Positions 51,501 through 62,780 of a stretch of DNA of 64,000 bases are shown one piece after another; within the stretch, counting starts at the first letter, position 1, and each line of letters starts with the position of its first letter. The position numbers were made by a program, and so were the translations under genes. Source of the stretch: Mobula hypostoma (taxonomy: Eukaryota); assembly GCF_963921235.1 (NCBI RefSeq), contig NC_086108.1, forward strand, positions 78,618,001-78,682,000, given 5' to 3'. The notes under the pieces are model-generated. The model worked only from the letters and a program-made list of their open reading frames with translations, ran no database searches and was not told the origin of the DNA.

Positions 51501-52799
51501 TTGATGAATTACTATAGAATAAGAAATCTGGCTTTTTGTTCTATTTCGAAGTAAACTGAAAGACTACAAAGCATAGAACCATTGAAGTTCAGAAGTTCAC
51601 ATGTATTTGAATTTAGTTGCCCTGTAGTATTAGAGGGAGAGAAAACAAAACACAAACATGGTTAATACCAGGACATTGACTACATGAATAAAATAATTAA
51701 ACTCAGTAGCACAGAGATCCATTCAGTTTCTTTAAATTTAATTGCCATTTGGATTTTAACATCATGTGATTTTATTGGTTTATACACTGCAGACAGCATA
51801 GATAATAGTTGATTTACAGAGCATGAAGACAAGAGAAGACTTTGCTATCTTTTACTGGTCTTTTCTGATTAGAAAACAGATAGAACTTTTCTAGCTGAAC
51901 CTAGTGAGGTAGGAAACACATCTGGCGGAAAAAATGTATTCAGCAGTTAAATGGCACCTCTCTGAGAGCAATGTTCCCTAAGTAAAATAAATGAAGTTGA
52001 TCATTTTTATGTAAAACATGGTATATGTCTTGCTTTGAAATTATTTAGAAAAAATTAATCAAACCACAGTTACTGTCATCTGCAAACAAGCTGAAGCCTG
52101 ACTCATTCAAGTGACTTCATAGGATATGCAGGACATCTAATGACAGAAATAAGATCCAGAATGAAAATCTTTGCACTTGGAAAAATGCAAAGATCCCGAA
52201 GAAACAGAGATACCAATGCGGTGATTAATAAATGCTCAGGTTTACCTTGCACTCTGTAATCACTGAGATAAATGGCTGCTAGGCAACCATTCAAATTTTT
52301 GCTAGGCACATTTGTTGGTTTGAAATGCCCCAAATAAGGTACCAAATGCATTCTTGCAACAGCTGGATCTATCAACAGTTTATTTTTGATAATAGCTTGG
52401 GGAGAGTTCTACAGAAGTCAGAACAGACAAAATAAAATGAAGTGTTTAATTATAAATCCCCATGCTGCATTAAGTAAATAGGAGAAAACTGTTCCCCCAG
52501 CCGTTGCATTGAATCTTTACCAAGGAGTACAGGTACTGCAGCTGATATTTCATAGGTGGAATCATTTTGAAAAAAAATATGAAGATGACAAGATTTGAAG
52601 TATCAGTTATTCTTTACCCTGGCATCATGAAAACTCACTGTCAGAAGAAAAGTAATTTTTCTCACCGCAATGTTAATGCAGCTAAAACTGCAAAAGATGA
52701 TGTATACCAAAAACTGGCAACACTTCTGCAAGAAAAAGTGGCAGGCTCTCCCTAAGTTTTTGTGATGGTGCTTATCTTGCCTCATTGGAAGGACGCTTA

Positions 52800-54280
52800 C
52801 TTAGATTTTCAGAAGACCTTTGACAAAGTACCACCCTATCAAAGTTCTTCTTAGGCTGGTAAACAAATTAAGAGTCCATGCTACTACAGGAAAGATACAA
52901 GCATGGACAAGGGAGATCTTTCGGGTTGGCTGCCGGTAACGAGTGGTGTTCCACAGAGGTTGGTGTTGGCACCACAACTTTTCATGTTATATGTAAATAA
53001 TATGCACGACAGAATTGATGGCTTTGTGGCCAAGTTTGCAGATGATATGAAGATAGGTGGAGGGCCTGGTAGTGTTGAGGAAGCAGGGAGGCTGCAGAAG
53101 GACTTAGACAAATTATGAGAATGGGCAAAGAAGTGGCAATGGAATAGAGTGTAGGGAAGTGCATGGTCATGCACTTTGGTAGAAGGAATTTTCTAAACAG
53201 GGAGAACATTAAAAAAAAGTAGAGGTGCAAAGGGACTTGAGAGTACTTATACAGGATTCTCTAAAGGTTAACTTGCAAGGTGAGTTAATGTTAAGATTAG
53301 AGATAGATAGATAGACCATAAGACCCTAAGACACAGGAGCAGAAGTAGGCCATTCAGCCCAATGAGTTTGCTCCGCCATTCCATCATGGTTAATCCAGGT
53401 CCCACTCAACCCCATACAGCTGCACCTTCTCGCCATATATTTGATGCCTTGACTGATCAGGAAACTATCAACTTCCACCTTAAATACACCCACGGACTTG
53501 GCCTCTACCGTTATCTGTGGCAGAGCATTCCACAGATTCACCACTCTTTGGCCAAAAAAATTCTTCCTTACCTCCATTCTAAAAGATCGCCCCTCAACTT
53601 TGAGGCTGTGCCCTCTAGATCTGGATACCCCCACCACAGGAAACATCGCCTCCACATCCACCCTATCTCATCCTTTCAACATTCAATGAGATCCCCATGT
53701 ACTCTCCTAAATTCCAGTGAGTTCAGGCGCAAAGCTGCCAAATGCTCCTCATATGTTAACCCCTTCATTCCCGGAATCACCCTCGTGAACCTCTTCCCGT
53801 CTCCCTCCAATGACAACACATCCTTTCTGAGATATGGGGCCCAAAACTGTTAACAATACTCCAAGTGCAGCCCAACAAGTGTCTTATAAAGCCTCAGCAT
53901 TATCTCCTTGCTTTTATATTCTATTCCCCTTGAAATGAATGACAACATTGCATTTGCCTTCTTTACCACAGGCTCAACTTGTAAATTAACCTTCTGGGAG
54001 TCGTGCACGAGTTCCTCTGCACCTCCAATGTTTAAGCCTTCCCCCTGCTGAGATAATAGTCTGACCTATTGTTACTTTTACCAAAATCATCATACATTTC
54101 ACAACTCTGTATTCCATCTGCCACTTTTAAGTCCAAGGTATACAGGAAGGGAGCCAATACAATGTCAAATACAATGTTAGCATTGATTTTGAGAGGACTA
54201 TAATATAAAAGCAAAGATGTAATGCTGAGGCTTTATAAGGCATTGGTCAGCCTGCACGGAGTATTGTGAACAGTTTTGCA
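52800..54280 (+). mobile_element. CR1 RT fragment, split by an antisense CR1
   Basis: SGWLPVTSGVPQRLVLAP...KFADDMKIGGG up to about 53295. Resumes at about 54145 with ...ttgagaggactataatataaaagcaaagatgtaatgctgaggc. Confidence 0.8.
53297..54128 (-). mobile_element. 5'-truncated CR1
   Basis: Tail agatagatagatagaccataagacc; DVEAMFPVVGVSRSRGHSLKVEGRSFRMEVRKNFFGQRVVNLWNALP. Confidence 0.88.
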
Positions 54281-54462
54281 TCCAAATTTCAAAGTACAGT
54301 TATTATCAAAGTACGTATACATTATACAGCCTTGTAACCTTACAGGTAGCCACAAAACACGAACACATTAAAATAAAAAACCAACAACCACACATTGTGC
54401 ATAGAGAAAGAGAAAAACAAACTGTGCAAATAAATGTAGGTAAGCAAATAGCATTTAGAAGG

Positions 54463-55264
54463 TGTGACAAGAATACACATAGATTAAGATGTAGCTGGCC
54501 TGGGCTGGCACCAGTGGAATCAGCAGTTGGTCTGCCACCTGTCTTCAGGAGAGAGAGAGATAAGGAAAACAATGCAGCAGCTTTTGGAGATGTTAATGAA
54601 GCAAGATCGGCTCCCCCTTTGAACCCTGAACTGTTTGAAGTGATGGACAGGCGATACCCCAGCAGGGGAATAAAAAGGGACAGGTTCACTAAGGCAGGAC
54701 ACACACGACACCCGAGGTAACGAGACCCTGGAAGCAGTGCGTCTCTCACAAGTCAGTGGGAAGTTTTGAAGGCACGATTGGCGGGAACCTGGTGTGTGTC
54801 CACCCTTGCCTGGGTGCCAGGTTCACCGCAGGGAAACGATTCGTATCTGGAAACGGAGGAGTCACGGTCGGTGACCTCAGATGACATCACAAAGGACTCG
54901 CCCGAAAGCTGACTGCGAAGGTCTGTGTGGAAGTCGTTTTGAATATTCATACGTTTTGCTCTCTCTCTCCTTCCCCCCACTGTCCATCGCCACGGCAGCG
55001 ATTACTGCGAATTGAACTGAACTTTGCGTCACTTTGAAACTGGTCATTTACCCCTAGACAACGATAGAGCTTGATTGATCCTGTTATCTTAATTCTGTGT
55101 ACATATATGTTTATCATTGCTGAACTGTTGCATTCAATATCCTTTTGATTAGAGTACCGTGTTGCTTGTTTCTTTAATAAAACCTTCTTAGTTCTAGTAA
55201 TCCAGACTCCAATTGAGTGATCCATTTCTGCTGGTTTGGCAACCCAGTTACGGGGTACGTAACA
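54463..55264 (+). repeat. 5' LTR
   Basis: tgtgacaagaatac...ggggtacgtaaca; AATAAA at 55176-55181. Confidence 0.97.
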
Positions 55265-55268
55265 TAAG

Positions 55269-55294
55269 TGGGGTTCTCGTCCGCGATTTTGAAC
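55269..55294 (+). promoter_or_regulatory. Primer-binding site, tRNA-Pro-like
   Basis: tggggttctcgtccgcgattttgaac versus the tRNA-Pro complement TGGGGGCTCGTCCGGGATTTGAAC, 4 nt after the LTR. Confidence 0.7.
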
Positions 55295-55363
55295 GCTAAA
55301 TTTGGGACGGAGTAAATTGATTGGGTCAAAATTCTCGAAAGAAAGAAAAGACAAACAGCAGAA

Positions 55364-56935
55364 ATGGAGGCTGAGGAAATTATAAAGGCGCCGACCTTGG
55401 AGGCATTAGAGGATGCCAGGAAAACAGAATTGGTAGCTGTGGCCAAACGGTTGAATCTTGCTAAGGGGAAGTCGACAATGAGGAGAGAGAAGATACACAG
55501 AGCTATCGTAGAGCACTATGTATCTAAAGGTGTGTTTCCCCAAGGCGAGCTGGAGGTGGTGCTATTGAAAAACCTGCCGGAGACGCGGTACAGGTGCAGC
55601 TTGAAAAACTGAGACTCGAGCACGAGTTCTGGGTACAGCAGTTAGAACACGAAGAGAAGCAGTTAGAAAGGCGGGAGAAAGAGAGAGAGTTAGAAAGGCA
55701 GGAGAGAGAGAGAGAGAGAGACAGCTGGAGCGAGAGGAGAAACAGAGGGAAAGGGAATTCGAGCTGGAGAAGTTAAAGATAAGGGCAGAGCAGGGGCCCG
55801 TGCCGAACCAAGGTGGAGGGTTCCAGGTGACCCAGGAGGTTAGGCTGGTTCCCCCATTTGACGATACCGACGTGGATCAGTACTTTCTCCATTTCGAAAA
55901 AGTTGCTATAAGTCAGGACTGGCCGAGGGATAAAGTGGGCTGTTTTGCTTCAGAGTGTACTGAAAGGGAAAGCCCAAGAAGCTTACTCGGCTTTGTCCAC
56001 AGAAGATGCCCAGAAGTATGAGGTGGTGAAGGAGGCCATCCTCAGGATTTATGAGTTGGTCCCGGAGGCATACTGGCAGAGGTTCCGGAATGCGAGGAAG
56101 CAGTGGGACCGCACGTATTTAGAGTTTGCCCGTGAGATGCAGACATATTGTGAGCGTTGGATCGCCTCGAAGGGGGTAGAGGGGGATTATGACAGACTGC
56201 TACAGCTGATCCTGATTGAGCAGTTTAAAGGTTGTGTCCCTGAGGGTACGAGACCCTACCTAGATGAGAAAGAGGCAGCCACGTTAGCCGCAACTGCTAA
56301 GTTAGCGGATGAGTATGCGTTGACGCATAAAATGAAGTTTGCCCCGAGTAAAGGCTACCAGAAGGGTAGTCAGGACGGCGGGGAGAGTCCGCCAGAAAAG
56401 TCAGCAAGTAAGCCGGGGACTAGTGAAAAGGATAAGGTAGACCGGGAGCAGTCTGGTAGGAAGTCTCCTGGGGTCGTCTGTTATAATTGCAGGAAAGTCG
56501 GACACATTGCGTCCAGGTGCTTTGCCCCAAAGAAGGAGAAGGGAAAAGGAAAAATGGCGATTTTGACTGGCTGTATCGAGCTGGTAAACGAACCGCTAGG
56601 GAAGGACAGGTCTGCCAAAGTTCAGGAAGGGCGCGAGAGGTTTATCCCAGCCGGATTGGTGTCAGTGAAGGAGGGGTTAAAACCAGTTCCAGTGCGGATC
56701 TGGAGAGACACGGGAGCGTGTCAGTCACTGATACTGAAGAGTGTATTAGAGTTTAGCTCAGAGACCCAGACTGGGGAGGTAAAGGTCAAAGGTGTTGGGG
56801 AAGGGACAGGGTCAGTCCCTTTGCACCAGATACACTTACAAAGCAACCTAGTCTCTGGACTAGTCACGATCGGGGTGAGGTCCGAATTACCGATGAAAGG
56901 CGTGGAAGTCTAGCTTGGTAATGACCTCGCCGGGG
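55364..56935 (+). pseudogene. gag: Gag (coiled coil, SCAN-like capsid, CCHC knuckle) plus aspartic protease, frameshifted
   Basis: VRLVPPFDDTDVDQYFLHFEKVA; PEAYWQRFRN...LQLILIEQF; CYNCRKVGHIASRC; IWRDTGACQSLI...VEV*LGNDLAGG. Confidence 0.9.
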
Positions 56936-57129
56936 GAATCGTGTTCGAAGCAGTGAGATTGACAAGTCAGCCTGCCAGCATTGAGGCCCCGCCCATGGAC
57001 TCACAGGTTCATCACGGGACTGCGGTAGTAAATTTAGCTGAGACGTTTCTGCCAGCCTTGTACGAGAAGGGGGTAGAAAGTGAAAAGAAGGAGTGTAGTA
57101 GACAAGAGGTAGTGAGGGAGCTGAGGCAG

Positions 57130-58602
57130 ACTTAGCATTAGCCAGGAAGGACTTTATACAGGCACAAGAGCGAGACGAGGAGCTGATGGGTTTGGCAGAG
57201 ACAGCTCTCTCTGACGCAGAATTGAAAAGGGAACCAGTCGGCTATTATGTAAAGGAGGAAGTTCTAAGGAAGAAAGGGAAACCAGGTACCGTACCCGCAG
57301 ATGAGGAATGGGGGGTGGTGCAAAAGAGTTATGGGGATGAGGTTTTTAACCTGGCCCACAAGGTACCCCCCGGTGGACATTTTGCGGTACTGGAGGGAAC
57401 AGTTGGTGGAATCATGAAAGAGGTTTACCAGCTGCCCAGGGGGAAGGATGCTATTGAACATGACCGACGTGAACTGAGACGGTCACAGGCTTTTGATATG
57501 CTAACAAACCTAGTCGGTGTTAGCACGGAAATTAATGAAGCTAGGGTCCCCCCGATAAGAGAAAAAAACCATTTTGAAAAGATGAGTATGGTATCAACCA
57601 GATGGGAGAAGGCTATTGTTTTGGCCAGGTCTGCTGATAAGGTCTCTCCCTTAATCCCCGAACAAAGCGACTCTTTAGGAGAAGTAATTAAATGACTCGC
57701 ACCAGTGTGCTTGATTGTCCCGAGGCGATGCAAAGAACTGGGACGTTGGGTGGTGTCTGTTACACTAGGGCAGCCTAGAGAGCAACAACCATATAGAATG
57801 AGTAATTCAGTGACTAAAGGGCTGACGAACACAGAGGTGTGTATTGGCGATGTCATACGGCTGTCTGAAGCCAGCTCGATAGTGAACCTTGAAAAAAATG
57901 AGTTCGGCCACACGAAGGTCACTTACCTGGGAATTGTGGTGACACAGGGGCAGCTGGCAGCAATGCAAGCTAAAGTACGGGCTATCTCTGACATCCCAAC
58001 CCCGACAGACGAGAGGGCCCTCAGAAGGTTCTTGGGGATGGTGGGATACTATAGGAAATTTTGCAAAAACTTTGCGGATACTTCCCTCCCTCTCACTAAG
58101 CTCTTGCCAAAGAATGTGAAGTTTGTATGGAACGACCTTTGCCAACAAGCCTTCGAGAGTCTGAAGGCAATTCTGTGTCGCAATTCTGTGTCACCATCCT
58201 GTGCTAAATACGCCTGATTTTTCAAAACCCTTCTCCCTAGCAACAGATGCTAGCGACGAAGCTGCCGGGGCGGTGCTGTTGCAGACAGACAAAGAGGGGG
58301 TTGAGCACCCAGTCACTTACTTCTCCAAGAAATTTAGTACCCATCAGAGAAATTATTCCACTGTGGAAAAGGAGTTACTGGCCATCATACTAGCATTGCA
58401 ACATTTTGAAGTTTATATTTGCCCGGCATGAAAACCACTGGTAATTTACATCGACCACAACCCTTTAGTGTTTTTGGCCAATATGAAAGATTAAAACAAA
58501 AGATTGCTAAGTTGGAGTCTGGTACTACAGGAATTTGATATCAAAATTACACATATAAAAGGGACGGAAAATGTGATTGCTGACTGTCTGTCAAGGTGTT
58601 GA
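57130..58602 (+). pseudogene. pol: Deleted pol: integrase N-terminal remnant, partial RT, near-intact RNase H
   Basis: LAHKVPPGGHF (IN HH); QQPYRM directly followed by TEVCIGDV (degenerate YIDD); VTYLG; LRRFLGMVGYYRKF; TDAS...NYSTVEKELLAI...IDHNPL...ENVIADCLSRC*. Confidence 0.85.
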
Positions 58603-58708
58603 CAACTTCAAATTCGCTGTATTAGCCAAATAGCTGATAAAGATGTATATTTGTGTGTATCAAGTAATGTATTCATGTTTGTAATTTTTACCCCTGGTAA
58701 AGATCCTT

Positions 58709-58720
58709 AAAGGGGGGAAG
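58709..58720 (+). promoter_or_regulatory. Polypurine tract
   Basis: aaaggggggaag immediately before the 3' LTR. Confidence 0.9.
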
Positions 58721-59522
58721 TGTGACAAGAATACACATAGATTAAGATGTAGCTGGCCTGGGCTGGCACCAGTGGAATCAGCAGTTGGTCTGCCACCTGT
58801 CTTCAGGAGAGAGAGAGATAAGGAAAACAATGCAGCAGCTTTTGGAGATGTTAATGAAGCAAGATCGGCTCCCCCTTTGAACCCTGAACTGTTTGAAGTG
58901 ATGGACAGGCGATACCCCAGCAGGGGAATAAAAAGGGACAGGTTCACTAAGGCAGGACACACACGACACCTGAGGTAACGAGACCCTGGAAGCAGTGCGT
59001 CTCTCACAAGTCAGTGGGAAGTTTTGAAGGCACGATTGGCGGGAACCTGGTGTGTGTCCACCCTTGCCTGGGTGCCAGGTTCACCGCAGGGAAACGATTC
59101 GTATCTGGAAACAGAGGGGTCACGGTTGGTGACCTCAGATGACATCACAAAGGACTCACCCGAAAGCTGACTGCGAAGGTCTGTGTGGAAGTCGTTTTGA
59201 ATATTCATTCGTTTTGCTCTCTCTCTCCTTCCCCCCACTGTCCATCGCCACGGCAGCGATTACTGCGAATTGAACTGAACTTTGCGTCACTTTGAAACTG
59301 GTCATTTACCCCTGGACAACGATAGAGCTTGATTGATCCTGTTATCTTAATTCTGTGTACATGTATGTTTATCATTGCTGAACTGTTGCATTCATTATCC
59401 TTTTGATTAGAGTACTGTGTTGCTTGTTTCTTTAATAAAACCTTCTTAGTTCTAGTAATCCAGACTCCAACTGAGTGATCCATTTCTGCTGGTTTGGCAA
59501 CCCAGTTACGGGGTACGTAACA
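58721..59522 (+). repeat. 3' LTR
   Basis: Same length as the 5' LTR, with about 11 substitutions by manual alignment. Confidence 0.97.
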
Positions 59523-59549
59523 AAGGAAAGTCAGTTCTCAGACACAGAG

Positions 59550-59812
59550 CCTGGAAACAGAGATGAGAAGCAATTCCTTTCACCAGAGGGTGGTGAATCT
59601 GTGGAATTCATTACTGCAGATGGCTATGGTGCCCAACATTGGGCCTATTCCAAGTGGAGGTTGATAGGTTCTTGATTAGTCACAGCATAAAAGTTTATGG
59701 GGAGAAGGCAGGTGAATAGAGTTCAGAGAGATAATAAATCAGCCATGGTGGAATGGTGGAGCAGAGTCAATAGGCCAAATGGAATACTTCTGCTCCTATA
59801 TCTTATGGATTA
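59550..59812 (+). mobile_element. CR1 3' fragment
   Basis: aacagagatgagaagcaattcctttcaccagagggtggtgaatctgtggaattc...cttctgctcctatatcttatg. Confidence 0.8.
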
Positions 59813-59851
59813 TGGCAGTTCAATGAAGTTCCTGCTAGATCAAAGTTTCCC

Positions 59852-60075
59852 AAACATGAGAAAATCTGCCAATGCAGGAGATCCAAAACAATACGCACAA
59901 AATGCTGGAGGAACTCAGCAGGCCAGGCATTATCTTTGGAAAAGAGTAAACAGTTGACATTTTGGGCCAAAGTGTCCTGATGGAGGGTCTCGGCCCGAAA
60001 CATCGACTGTTTACTCTTTTCCATAGTTACTGCTTGGCCTGCTGAGTTCCTCCAGCATTTTGTGTGTGTTGCTTC
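59852..60075. mobile_element. Inverted pair of Penelope terminal repeats (fold-back) with a hammerhead-like core
   Basis: Arms 59896-59968 and 59992-60064 are reverse complements with about 8 mismatches. The centre reads cctgatggagggtctcggcccgaaacatcgactg. Confidence 0.8.
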
Positions 60076-60284
60076 AAAGTTTCGGTTCACTGGAACACTT
60101 TCAAGGACTCTGCAATACATGTTCTCAGCATTAATTATTTAATTGTCTATTTATATCTTATTTCTATTTGCACAATTTGTCTCCATCGGTTGTTTGTCAG
60201 TCTTTGTTTATGAATAGTTTTCATAAATTCGATGGTATTTCTTATTATCCTGTGAATATTTACAACTAACTGAATCTCAATACA

Positions 60285-62119
60285 CAGTGTTTATAAAATT
60301 TATTTAACCCCCCCCCCCAGAAGTCTTCATGTTTTATTGTTTTACAACATTGAATCACAATGGATTTAATTTGGCTTTTTTGACACTGATCAACAGAAAA
60401 GACTCTTTCGTGTCAAGGTGAAAACACATTTCTGCAAATTGATCTAAATCTAACACAATTATTGAACACAAAATTATTGATTGCATAATTACTCCATTCA
60501 AGTCAGTATTTAGTATATACATCTTTGGCATCAATTACAGCCTTGAGTCTGTGTGGATAGCTCTCTATCAGCTTTGCATACCTGGACACTGCAATTTTTC
60601 CCGATTCTTCTTTATAAACTGCTCAAGCTGTGTCAGATTGCATAGGAATCATGAGTGAACAGCCCTTTTCAAGTCCAGCCACAAATTCTCAATTGGATTG
60701 AGGTCTGGACTTTGATTTGGCCACTCCAGAACATTAATTTTCTTGATTTTAAGCCATTCCTGTGTAGCTTTGGCTTTATGCTTGGAGTCAGAATCAGAAC
60801 CAGTTTTATTATCACCAGCATGTGATGTGAAATTTGTTAACTTAGCAGCAGCGGTGCAACGCAATACATAATATAGCAGAAAAAAGAAATAATAAATAAA
60901 ATTTTGAAAATAATAATAAACAAACAAGTAGCCCCTCCATACCAGACAGTGATGCAGCCTATCAGAATGCTCTCCACGGTACAATTATAGAAGGTTTTGA
61001 GTCATGTCTGGCTGGAAAACAAACCTTCTCCCAAGTTGCAGTCCTTTTGCAGACTGCATCAGGTTTTCCTCCAGGAGTTTCCTGTGTTTTGCTGCATTCA
61101 TTTTACCCTCTACTTCACCAGCCTTCCAGGGCCTGCTGCAGTGAAGCATCTCCACAGCATGATGCAGCCACCACCATGCTTCATGGTAGGAATGGCAATT
61201 TTTTTTTTGATGATGTGTGATGTTCAAAAAGTTCAATTTTAGTTTCATCAGACCGTAGAACTGTCTTCCAGCTGACTTCAAAGTCTCCCATGTGACTTCT
61301 GGCAAACTCTAGCTGTGATTTCATGTGAGTTCTTTTTCAGCAATGGCTTTCTCTTTGCCATTCGCCCATAAAGCTGTGACTGTTGAAACACCCGGGCAAC
61401 AGCTGTTGTATGCGCAGTCTCTCCCATCTCAGCCACTGAAGCTTGTAACTCTTCCAGAGTTGTCACAGATCTCTTGGTGGCTTCCCTCACTAGTCCCCTT
61501 CATGCACAGTCATTCAGTTTTTGAGGAAGGCCTGTTCTAGGCAGATTTACAGCTGTGCCATATTCTTTCCATTGCTTGATGATTGACTTAACTGTACTCC
61601 AAGGGATATTCAATGACTTGGGAATTTTCTCGTATCCATCTCCTGACTTGTGCTTTTCAATAACCTTTTCACAGAGTTGCAAGGAGCATTCTTTTGTCTT
61701 CACTGTACAGTTTTTGCCAGGACTGAGTGTCCTCATAATCTAATCTAATATTGACTAACCAGTAGTTAGACCTTCCAGATACAGGTGTATTTTTACTACA
61801 ATCAATTGAAACACCTTGACTGCACACAGATGATCTCCATTTAAATAATTATGTGACTTCTTAAAACAATTGGCTGCATCAGTGATGATTTGGGTGTGTC
61901 ATATTAAAGGGGCTGAATACTTATTCAATCAATTATCTTGTGTTTTATATCTGTAATTAATTTAGACACTTTGTATAGACCTGTTTTCACTTTGACACAA
62001 GTCTTTTTCTGTTGATTAGTGTAAAAAAAAAGCCAAATTAAATCCACTGTGATTCAATGTTATAAAACAATAAAACATGAAAAATTCCAAGGGGGTGAAT
62101 ATTTTTTTCATAGGGATTG
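60285..62119 (-). mobile_element. Tc1-family DNA transposon with TIRs of about 210 bp and a defective transposase
   Basis: TIRs cagtgtttataaaatt...catgttttattgttttacaacattgaatcac and gtgattcaatgttataaaacaataaaacatg...ggattg|ta. Protein: [58 protein letters not shown]. Confidence 0.92.
60788..60984 (-). mobile_element. Rex1/Babar fragment nested in the Tc1 element
   Basis: tcagaatcagaaccagttttattatcacc tail, same subfamily as 21397, joined directly to ataccagacagtgatgcagcc. Confidence 0.8.
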
Positions 62120-62544
62120 TACATACTTGGATAATAAATTTACTTTTACAATTGCAGACTAAAAATTACTGGGTGATGGTGTCTGTAGATGACACTGGGA
62201 CAAATACACGCTGAAGTCATTTAACTCGGGACTCAATATTTGTAGGTCCAGATCAATAAGATCTTAAGATAGGAGCAGAATTAGGCCATTAGCCCATCGA
62301 GACTGCTTCACCATTCAATCATGGACATTTATTTTTCCTCTCGAAATGAATGCTAACATTGATTTTGCCTAAAATAGGACAAACCAATATAATAACACAA
62401 GGGACAGCCAACGATATATCCAAATATGTTGTGATTGTTTAGTATGGGACTGTTGACAATCTAGCATAGGCCTAGATATAAATGGTTCACACGTACACAC
62501 ACACAACCCCCCCCCCCAACTCCTACATTTACCTACCTTCAAAA

Positions 62545-62780
62545 TTCCCTGGGTTCTCTGGTTTCCTCATACATCTGAAGACATGCATGTTGATAGGTTA
62601 AGTGGCTAATATACATTACCCCCTATGTGTAGGTGAGAAAAGGGATCTGGAATAGGTTGATGAGAATATGGGGAGAATTAAAAATAGGATTAATATAGGT
62701 TAGTGTAAATGGACAGTGGTGGTCAGCACAGACCTAGCAGGCCAAAGGCCTGTTTCTTTGATATACCTCCACACGACTCC
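62545..62780 (+). mobile_element. V-type SINE 3' fragment
   Basis: ccctgggttctctggtttcctcatacatctgaagacatgc...ggccaaaggcctgtttct. Confidence 0.55.

Larger units (their letters stand above)
54463..59522 (+). mobile_element. Ty3/Gypsy LTR retrotransposon of Gmr1 type, internally deleted, 5060 bp
   Basis: Two 802-bp TG...CA LTRs; TSD AAGG at 54459-54462 and 59523-59526; PBS; PPT; gag-PR-IN remnant-RT remnant-RNase H. Confidence 0.95.

Noticed and set aside
57186..57695. Possible env-like or novel accessory ORF between gag and pol
   Set aside because: Better explained as the integrase N-terminal remnant fused to the IN-RT linker; there is no signal peptide or transmembrane segment.
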